A DNA stretch of 44,813 nucleotides from positions 1-44,813 of the forward strand of contig JAZSKT010000133.1 of the NCBI GenBank assembly GCA_045534995.1. Reading direction: 5' to 3'. The notes under the pieces are model-generated. The model made no database searches. It was given only the letters and a program-made list of their open reading frames with translations, and was not told where the DNA came from. Positions 1 to 7,039 of the stretch are shown here, in pieces. This DNA comes from Candidatus Fimenecus sp. (GTDB lineage: Bacteria > Bacillota > Clostridia > Oscillospirales > Acutalibacteraceae). Position numbers and translations under genes: made by a program. Each line of letters begins with the position of its first letter. Position 1 is the first letter of the stretch.

Positions 1-3000
1 GGTAGAGAAGATGGAAAAGTTGTAATTTATGGCGGAGCACAGCTTATGAATTACAACAGCACTGGCGCATTGTTTACTACAACTAACGGTACAGTTTCAA
101 GTCCTGCAAACACAAGTGTTATGACACTTTATAAGAACCCATCTTTAAGCGATATTACAATTCCTGCAGGTAAGATGGTGCTCTATTCTGCTCTTGTAGA
201 TGGTCTTGAATATAAACCAGGCACATATACAAAAACAAGCTATGAAGCATTGTTTAATGCACTTAAGGAAGGTTACGGAATTTATAAAGATGATAGTCAA
301 ACAGACAGCGCAACAATTACAGCGGCTGCTCAAAATATCAGAAATGCTATCGTTAACCTTGAAAAAGAAAGTTTCGATGTTGACTATCGTTCATTCCCAG
401 CAACACTTTATAAATTCGGTTATAACCCAGCTGCAAGTGGTGACACAAGATATTCAGCCGGTGGTGCAGCTTTCAATGCTCAGACATACGCTGAGATGGA
501 AGAAATAATCAGAGCTGATGAAAACCTTATGGAACAGATTAAGACTGTAATCGGCTATACCACAAGAACATGGAATAGTGGTCAGGCTGATGCAGCTCTT
601 GATACAGCAGTTACAGCTTATGCAGAGATTTATTCTCTTGCTTTCACCGGTAATTCATTATCATCAGGCGGTACAGATGTTTCTAACTTGCGAAACACTT
701 CTTGGAACGTATGGACAAAAACTGATACTACGGGTTCAGGCGAATCCAGTGATGGTGGCGCTTCTGTTCAAGGTATTTTCAGTACGATGCTTAACAATGG
801 CAATCCAACAGACCACGCTCCATATAGTGAATTGCCATATGGTAACATTGCAGATTATTTATCAGGTACTTATAATACTGCAAATGGTTTCTCAATTTCA
901 TTTGCCGATAGCAATTCATCAAATAATTCTGTTACACTTCCTGCACTTAAAGGTATAAGTGTTCACGTTAACGATATTTTCACAAGAGAAAATGTTCTTG
1001 TTGACGGTTCAACAACTAACTATTCAAAATACTATTGGGACTTTGACTTCCCATTCCTTACAACAACTAACAATTACGGTATCAATACATATAAATACTC
1101 AAGTAGTGATACAGATTACTTGTTCCAGGCTAAGTTTAATGATGAAAATCATACTGCGGAGGCACAGTTGACTGAAGGGTCCGGAAGCACTGGTTTCTTC
1201 CCATTTAACAATCAGTTGGATTCTAACTCTAACCCAAGTAGTTCTGTTTACCACTTCGGTATGAGCTTCTCAACAGACTTCTATATTCCTGTTTCGGGTA
1301 CATATTCAGATGGTGAGGATGTTGTATTCCGTTTCTCCGGTGACGATGACGTTCTTGTTTATGTTGATGATGTTCTCGTTCTTGATAACGGTGGTCTTCA
1401 CGCTGCACGTGAAGCAACTATCAACTTTACAAAGGCATCTGTAAACTATCAGTATGCAATAGACATAACTGAAGGAACAGTTAAGAATAAAACAGAATAC
1501 GGCACAACTTACACTTATGGTGCAAATGAAGAATACAATGGCGATATTCTTGCAGCACTTGAAAAGCTTAACGAAGTTCGTACAGACGGTGAATATCATA
1601 CTTTCACATTCTACTACCTTGAAAGAGGTTCAAATGAATCTAACTGTGAAATCGAATTCAATATCCAGCAGGCTTCTAACCACGTTCTTCTCTATGACGA
1701 AACATTGGTTGTTGACTATGGTCTTCCTGTTGAATACAACGTTAAAGCAAATGACAAGATGGACGAAATCCCAGGTCTTGGTTATAGTTACGAAGGTATA
1801 GTTAGGGCTAACAATGAGGTTGATTCAGTTGTTCTTTTCGATGAACCTACTGACCTTGTAAGTAGATTTGCTTCTGAAAATACTGTTCTTGATGTTCAAG
1901 GACTCAAGTACGGTACAGCAACAATGAGGGGTGACGGTCTCGTAACATATACTCCTAACACAATGAATATGACAGACAGAGATTATTTCTATACCTGTGC
2001 TGAGATTGAAGGAGACCCTACTTACACAAGAAATTATTATCAGTATGAACGTGCTGTCTTTATCCCTGCAACTACAGTCTACTATGAGGACAATTTTGGT
2101 GCAGATATAACCTTTAAGGATGGTTCTGGTGCGGCTAAGTGGACAACAGTTGGTGATTCAAATGTTTTTGCAGATGCAAAACAGGCTGCTGACCTTGTAG
2201 GCGACGTTATGGCAAATCCATACGGCTATGACCCGATTTATGCAGGTAATAATGCCGGTGATAATAAAGATTATACACAGTACAGCGGTTTCTCAGCACA
2301 GAAGGTAACTGTAAGTGCTGCGAATAATACAAAGAATGGCGGTACAAATCCAACAGTCGAATTCACATTTACAGGTACAGGCTTCGACATTATCAGTATG
2401 ACTGATAGCACAACAGGTACATTCTATGTTGACATCTTCGACGAAAACAACAATCAAGTTGGCAAGAAGATGGTAGTTGATACATACTACGGTTGTTCAT
2501 ACGGTCAGCTTTATGCGGATGCAAATGGTAAAGCAACTCTTGAAAATACGGGCAACCCACTTTACAAGAGTGCGGTAAATGAAGCTGTAACACCAAATCC
2601 TACATACCATTCTGCTGATGGAATAGGATATACAGAAACACCAACATATTACGATGCAAACGGTAATATTACTACAACAGAAACCGAAAATCCTGCATAT
2701 GCTTATGCATATGGTTGGGTAAATGCAGATAATGTTGAAGGTCTCTATCAGATTCCTGTAATCAAGAAGACAGGTCTTGACTATGGTACATATACAGTTG
2801 TAATCACTCCAATGTATTCAAAGTTGTTTGACAATACAGGAAAAGGACAGTTTGATGTTTACATCGATGCTATCCGTATTTATGACCCTGCAGGCAAGGA
2901 TGACAATATTGATTCATCAATCCTTACAGATTATAAGTATGATAACGAGTCCTATCCAAGCTATCTCACAATCAAGGATATGCTCATTGGTGCTGACTCA

Positions 3001-3732
3001 CTTTCAAAAGATTCAGCAACACAGGGTGTTGTATTTATCGACGGTATTGCTAAGCTTGATAACGACCTTGAAAAATACAAGTTGGCAGGTCCAAACAACG
3101 AACTTTACCTCGCAAAAGACTCAACAGCAGAAGGCCAGGCAGTTGCATTCGAGATTTGGGCAACCGCAATTCCTGATGAAGTTCAGCTTGGTGTAAAGAG
3201 TGTTAAGGGCAAGCCTACACTTGGCATCACATATGGTGATAACACAGTGAAGCAGGCAATCAATACTGCAACAGAAATGAATTACATTATTAACAACTTG
3301 CTTCCTGAAGATGGTAAACTTGAATGGTCAGAAGTTGTTGTTGATGGTGTACCATATTACAAAACTGATACTATTGTTATTCAGAACTTGTCTGATGACG
3401 CAAGCATCCTTTCTCTTACAAGCATGAAGTGGACATTTACAGGTGTTGGTCAGTACGGTCACTATGAAACACAAGCAACTGCAACTCCTGCTGTAATGTC
3501 ATTTATGTCAAGCAATGCTACTATAACCGATGCGTACACAATGATGGCATCAAATAATAATGCCGGAACAAATGAGGATATTAATGACGGCGGAGTAGAT
3601 ACTGAAATTATTCCTGGTGATGACGAGAATACAAATGATACTAACGACGAGTATCAGGAAGAGCTCACATTCATTCAGAGAATTATCAAAGCAATCACAA
3701 ACTTCTTCAAGAAGATTTTTGGATTAGCTTAA
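1..3732 (+). CDS. Large secreted/surface protein with a fibro-slime/PA14-like domain (5' end outside window)
   Basis: Frame 1 is open from base 1 (GREDGKVVIYGGAQL precedes the first Met), so the gene is 5'-truncated. The block FFPFN...FRFSGDDDVLVYVDDVLVLDNGGLH...YHTFTFYYLERGSNESN matches the fibro-slime/PA14 beta-sandwich signature. Composition is T/N/S/Y/G-rich. The C-terminus has an acidic stretch followed by an amphipathic tail, LTFIQRIIKAITNFFKKIFGLA. Confidence 0.8.
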   Translation, partial: GREDGKVVIYGGAQLMNYNSTGALFTTTNGTVSSPANTSVMTLYKNPSLSDITIPAGKMVLYSALVDGLEYKPGTYTKTSYEALFNALKEGYGIYKDDSQTDSATITAAAQNIRNAIVNLEKESFDVDYRSFPATLYKFGYNPAASGDTRYSAGGAAFNAQTYAEMEEIIRADENLMEQIKTVIGYTTRTWNSGQADAALDTAVTAYAEIYSLAFTGNSLSSGGTDVSNLRNTSWNVWTKTDTTGSGESSDGGASVQGIFSTMLNNGNPTDHAPYSELPYGNIADYLSGTYNTANGFSISFADSNSSNNSVTLPALKGISVHVNDIFTRENVLVDGSTTNYSKYYWDFDFPFLTTTNNYGINTYKYSSSDTDYLFQAKFNDENHTAEAQLTEGSGSTGFFPFNNQLDSNSNPSSSVYHFGMSFSTDFYIPVSGTYSDGEDVVFRFSGDDDVLVYVDDVLVLDNGGLHAAREATINFTKASVNYQYAIDITEGTVKNKTEYGTTYTYGANEEYNGDILAALEKLNEVRTDGEYHTFTFYYLERGSNESNCEIEFNIQQASNHVLLYDETLVVDYGLPVEYNVKANDKMDEIPGLGYSYEGIVRANNEVDSVVLFDEPTDLVSRFASENTVLDVQGLKYGTATMRGDGLVTYTPNTMNMTDRDYFYTCAEIEGDPTYTRNYYQYERAVFIPATTVYYEDNFGADITFKDGSGAAKWTTVGDSNVFADAKQAADLVGDVMANPYGYDPIYAGNNAGDNKDYTQYSGFSAQKVTVSAANNTKNGGTNPTVEFTFTGTGFDIISMTDSTTGTFYVDIFDENNNQVGKKMVVDTYYGCSYGQLYADANGKATLENTGNPLYKSAVNEAVTPNPTYHSADGIGYTETPTYYDANGNITTTETENPAYAYAYGWVNADNVEGLYQIPVIKKTGLDYGTYTVVITPMYSKLFDNTGKGQFDVYIDAIRIYDPAGKDDNIDSSILTDYKYDNESYPSYLTIKDMLIGADSLSKDSATQGVVFIDGIAKLDNDLEKYKLAGPNNELYLAKDSTAEGQAVAFEIWATAIPDEVQLGVKSVKGKPTLGITYGDNTVKQAINTATEMNYIINNLLPEDGKLEWSEVVVDGVPYYKTDTIVIQNLSDDASILSLTSMKWTFTGVGQYGHYETQATATPAVMSFMSSNATITDAYTMMASNNNAGTNEDINDGGVDTEIIPGDDENTNDTNDEYQEELTFIQRIIKAITNFFKKIFGLA

Positions 3733-3754
3733 AGTTGGAAGGAGGATACGAACA

Positions 3755-3997
3755 ATGAAAAAGACTTATGTTAAACCGCAAATTGCATATGAATCATTCC
3801 AACTTTCAACAAGTATTGCTGCAAACTGTGCACTGTTAGGTTCGGTATCGGCTCAGTATATTTGTCCGGTATATGACGAAGAAGTAGGTTTAAACTATTT
3901 TGCAGACAGTACGGCACTTTGTGATGTCGTTCCAGCAAATGGAATGACCCCTTGCTATGATGTTCCTTCAGAAAACTGGATGGTATTCTCATCATAA
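3755..3997 (+). CDS. 80-aa cysteine-bearing small protein; candidate RiPP precursor peptide
   Basis: Strong RBS GGAAGGAGGA at 3737-3746, 8 nt before the ATG. It has four Cys (C25, C37, C56, C67), no signal peptide and no TM segment. It sits directly upstream of the rSAM/SPASM + PqqD operon and is followed by a stable hairpin. Confidence 0.6.
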   Translation: MKKTYVKPQIAYESFQLSTSIAANCALLGSVSAQYICPVYDEEVGLNYFADSTALCDVVPANGMTPCYDVPSENWMVFSS

Positions 3998-4010
3998 ATA
4001 AAAAAATATA

Positions 4011-4049
4011 ACGGAGTTCGTCATAGCGATGGTGAACTCCGTTGCTTTT
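4011..4049 (+). terminator. Stable hairpin (partial terminator/attenuator) after the small peptide gene
   Basis: ACGGAGTTCGTCAT-AGCG-ATGGTGAACTCCGT forms a 14-bp stem (two G-U pairs) with a tetraloop, followed by TGCTTTTA, a short U-tract. No obvious promoter lies before the next gene at 4061. Confidence 0.55.
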
Positions 4050-4060
4050 AGGATTAGATT

Positions 4061-4837
4061 ATGAAACTTTATAAAAAGATTATTGTGGCTTTTTTGTGCA
4101 TTCTTACTGTTGCGGGACTTTGTGCCTGTAATAAAAATGATACTACAAATAATGATGTTGTTACAAACAATGATATTGTTACAAATAATGATGATGCCAC
4201 AAATAAAGATGTTGCTTCAAAAGAAGAAACAACAAATAAAATTCCTGTTATCACTGAAGAAGTTAAAGTGGAACAGGTTTCTGAATTTGAAGCAAAAGAA
4301 TCAAAAGACTCTCAAATCGGCATTACCGTTGACAGCTGGCTTAAAATCATCAGTATCGGTGAAAAAGATGGTGTTCTCAGTGTTTTTGTAAGAAACAATT
4401 CCAATGAGGACATTCAATATGCTCTTTTAAGTGTTATGACAGGTGATGGCAGGGCGGAATTTCCGATTTCTACACTAACGGCGGGTGCAAGTGCTACTCT
4501 CCGTTGTAATAATGGTTATGTTTTTAACGAGAATGCCGTTTATTATGGCTGGAAAGTTGAAGACAAGGCGATTTTTAAAGAAGAACTTTCTTGCTATCCT
4601 GATATTTTTGAAATTGACGGTGTTGACGGATTTATTTTAATTAAAAATATTTCCAAGAAGGATATTGAAGGAAAAATCTATATTTACTATAAAAATGTTA
4701 CTGACGGAGTTTATGATGATGGTGTAACATACAGAGCGTATGTTGATGGTCTTAAAAAAGGCGAAAGGGCACAGATTAAGACTCAACATTATTTAAAGGA
4801 CTCAAGTCGTATTATGTTCGTGACCTATGCAGAGTAA
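4061..4837 (+). CDS. Lipoprotein of unknown function with a repeat linker
   Basis: The N-terminus MKLYKKIIVAFLCILTVAGLCAC has a signal peptide plus a lipobox-like L-C-A-C. This is followed by four 6-aa repeats (TNNDVV/TNNDIV/TNNDDA/TNKDVA) and then a ~190-aa beta-rich domain. RBS AGGA lies 7 nt upstream. Confidence 0.75.
   Translation: MKLYKKIIVAFLCILTVAGLCACNKNDTTNNDVVTNNDIVTNNDDATNKDVASKEETTNKIPVITEEVKVEQVSEFEAKESKDSQIGITVDSWLKIISIGEKDGVLSVFVRNNSNEDIQYALLSVMTGDGRAEFPISTLTAGASATLRCNNGYVFNENAVYYGWKVEDKAIFKEELSCYPDIFEIDGVDGFILIKNISKKDIEGKIYIYYKNVTDGVYDDGVTYRAYVDGLKKGERAQIKTQHYLKDSSRIMFVTYAE
4145..4216 (+). repeat. 4 x 18-bp in-frame tandem repeat inside the lipoprotein gene
   Basis: ACAAATAATGATGTTGTT / ACAAACAATGATATTGTT / ACAAATAATGATGATGCC / ACAAATAAAGATGTTGCT, read directly from the sequence. 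Confidence 0.8.
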
Positions 4838-5663
4838 AAAATACAAGTTTTTTGATACTGTTATTCAGGTTTTAACTCCTGAAGAAATTGTTGATATAGA
4901 ACCTTATATCAATTTTTTAAGTGAGGAAGAACCTGATTGCACTATTACATTTGAATATGTGACACAACTGCCCGAATTAGCTGAAAATGTTACTACTGAC
5001 AGCGAAATCAGTTTTGCAACTGACGGTGATAGGAGTATGTGCTGGTATAAAAATCACGGTAAAGAAGGTTATTTTGCTTGCCGTATTTTTGATGGCGAAA
5101 ATTATCGTGTTCAGGTACTTGAGGAATATCGTGGTAAACTTTGGAACGGTATTATATTTAACCTTTTAGGCTTTGAGGAGATTATTGCGAAGCATAACGG
5201 TGTTGTTTTACATGCTTCTGCAGTATTGAAAAACGGAAAAATGATTCTTTTTACTGCTCCTTGTGGCACAGGTAAGTCAACTCAGGCTGATTTGTGGGAA
5301 AAATATGCAAATGCTGAAATCGTTAATGGCGACAAGGCTCTTGTAGGTTTAAAGGATGAACTGATTTTTGCAGGTGGACTTCCTTTTTCAGGCTCATCTA
5401 ACATTTGCAAGAATATTTCAGCACCTTTGGTTGCTATTGTGTGTCTTGGTCAGGCAAAAGAAAATTTAATCAGAAAAATAAGTGCAAAGGAAGCTTTTGT
5501 TGCATTGTTACAAGGGAATTATCGTTCAGGGATAACAAAGGCATCCTCGCAGATAACAATAGATGTATTAGAAAAAATCTGCAGTGAAGTTCCTGTGTAC
5601 AGACTTGATTGTCTGCCGGATAAAACAGCAGTTGAATGTCTTGAAAAGGAGTTGGGAATATGA
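4827..5663 (+). CDS. HPr kinase C-terminal-domain-like P-loop protein (HprK-related)
   Basis: HASAVLKNGKMILFTAPCGTGKSTQADLW resembles the HprK/P catalytic-domain pattern H-G-x-x-V...G-x-S-G-x-GKS-x-x-A-x-x-L. The start overlaps the lipoprotein stop by 11 nt, and the stop overlaps the rSAM start (ATGA). Confidence 0.7.
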   Translation: MQSKKYKFFDTVIQVLTPEEIVDIEPYINFLSEEEPDCTITFEYVTQLPELAENVTTDSEISFATDGDRSMCWYKNHGKEGYFACRIFDGENYRVQVLEEYRGKLWNGIIFNLLGFEEIIAKHNGVVLHASAVLKNGKMILFTAPCGTGKSTQADLWEKYANAEIVNGDKALVGLKDELIFAGGLPFSGSSNICKNISAPLVAIVCLGQAKENLIRKISAKEAFVALLQGNYRSGITKASSQITIDVLEKICSEVPVYRLDCLPDKTAVECLEKELGI

Positions 5664-6724
5664 GCTCAGAACCAAAATTATCAGCATATCTCCACTCAAA
5701 GGCGATTAGAATGGAATTGCCTGTTTCAGGCACTTTTGAATTGACTTCCCGATGTAATTTCCGCTGTGAGATGTGTTATGTTCACGACGAATGTCACAGT
5801 AGCGATAAGCTTTCAACAGAACAATGGTTAAGTATTGCGGAAGACGTTAAAAAAGCAGGTACACTTTTCCTGTTGCTTACAGGTGGTGAGCCTCTTCTTC
5901 GCGAGGATTTTCCTTATTTGTACACAGAACTTAAAAAAATGGGCTTTATGGTGTCTATTAACACTAACGGAAGTCTGTTACATAAGTATTTTGATTTGTT
6001 CAAAAAATATCCTCCTTCAAGAGTGAATATTTCTCTTTATGGTGCTGATGATGAAGCTTATGAAAAGCTTTGTAAGACAAAAGCCTTTTCACAGGTGTTG
6101 GACAATGTAAAAAAACTTAAGGAAATGGGAATTTCAGTTAAGTTTAATACTGTTTTCACAAACAGAAACAGCCATCAGTATAAGGAAATAATAGATATTG
6201 CTGAATCACTTGATGTCCCATTAAGCACAACTGCATATGCTTATCCTCAGGTGCGTCTTGATAAGGATTTCGGTGACAATTCAGGCAGAATGTCACCTTT
6301 TGAAGCGGCTCAATGTACGATTAATTGCGAAAAATACCGTTTCCGTAATGGCGATTTTTCAGAAAGAGCAAAAAAAATTCTCGAGGAATCCAATGATGAA
6401 AAATGCGACAGAGTTTCTTGTCGTGCAGGTAGAGCAGCATATTGGATAACAAGTGAAGGCATTATGCAAGCTTGCGGAATGTTACCTAAAATACAGATAA
6501 ATGTCCTTGAAGAGGGCTTTGAAAAAGCTTGGAAACAGTTGGTTGCAGAGGTAAAAGAGATTCGTTTGCCGAAAAAATGTGTGAACTGTAAATATTCAAA
6601 TATATGTCACGCGTGTGCTGCGATGTGCTATACTGAAACAGGATATTTTGATAGTGTACCTGATTATGTTTGTCAAATGAGTAAAAATATTTATGAATTG
6701 ACCGAGAAAGAGCAAGGTGAATAA
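5660..6724 (+). CDS. Radical SAM enzyme with a C-terminal SPASM domain (peptide-modifying type)
   Basis: CNFRCEMC is a CxxxCxxC motif at residues ~32-39, followed by GGEPLL. The C-terminal auxiliary-cluster motifs are CRAGRAAYWITSEGIMQACG and CVNCKYSNICHACAAMC. RBS AAAAGGAG lies 8 nt upstream. There is no N-terminal RRE domain. Confidence 0.9.
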   Translation: MSSEPKLSAYLHSKAIRMELPVSGTFELTSRCNFRCEMCYVHDECHSSDKLSTEQWLSIAEDVKKAGTLFLLLTGGEPLLREDFPYLYTELKKMGFMVSINTNGSLLHKYFDLFKKYPPSRVNISLYGADDEAYEKLCKTKAFSQVLDNVKKLKEMGISVKFNTVFTNRNSHQYKEIIDIAESLDVPLSTTAYAYPQVRLDKDFGDNSGRMSPFEAAQCTINCEKYRFRNGDFSERAKKILEESNDEKCDRVSCRAGRAAYWITSEGIMQACGMLPKIQINVLEEGFEKAWKQLVAEVKEIRLPKKCVNCKYSNICHACAAMCYTETGYFDSVPDYVCQMSKNIYELTEKEQGE

Positions 6725-6725
6725 A

Positions 6726-6989
6726 ATGCAGATAAAAAAAGAAATGATACTTCGTGAAATTGCAGGCGAGAATATTCTCGTTCCCGGCGCTGATGCTGTC
6801 CTTGACCTTAACGGACTTTTCGTTATAACAGAAACAGGCGCATTTATATGGAAACTTCTTCCTGAAGTGGAATCGGAAACAGAAATCCTCGATAAAATGT
6901 TGGAAGAATACGAAATCGACAGGGAAACTGCACAAAAAGATATTGCAGAATTTCTTGAAAGATTAAGAAAATTCGGAATAATCGACTAA
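6726..6989 (+). CDS. PqqD-family peptide chaperone (discrete RRE)
   Basis: The 87-aa protein has EIAGENILVP...LNGLFVITETGAFIWKLL...EILDKMLEEYEID...AQKDIAEFLERLRKFGII, a typical PqqD size and pattern. RBS AAGGTGA lies 5 nt before ATG 6726. An in-frame GTG at 6717 is an alternative start. The gene overlaps the rSAM stop. Confidence 0.8.
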   Translation: MQIKKEMILREIAGENILVPGADAVLDLNGLFVITETGAFIWKLLPEVESETEILDKMLEEYEIDRETAQKDIAEFLERLRKFGIID

Positions 6990-6995
6990 ATGAAA

Positions 6996-7032
6996 AAAGG
7001 ACAAAGTTTCAAAAACCTTGTCCTCCTTTTTT
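6996..7032. terminator. Bidirectional terminator between convergent genes
   Basis: AAAAAAGGACAAAG-loop-CTTGTCCTCCTTTTTT has A/T tracts on both sides. It lies between the PqqD stop (6989) and the oxidoreductase stop (7040). Confidence 0.6.
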
Positions 7033-7039
7033 GCTGATA

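Noticed and set aside
4145-4216. Short tandem repeats as a possible CRISPR or minisatellite
   Set aside because: The 18-bp units are contiguous with no spacers, are in frame, and lie inside a lipoprotein gene. This is a coding linker repeat, not a CRISPR array.
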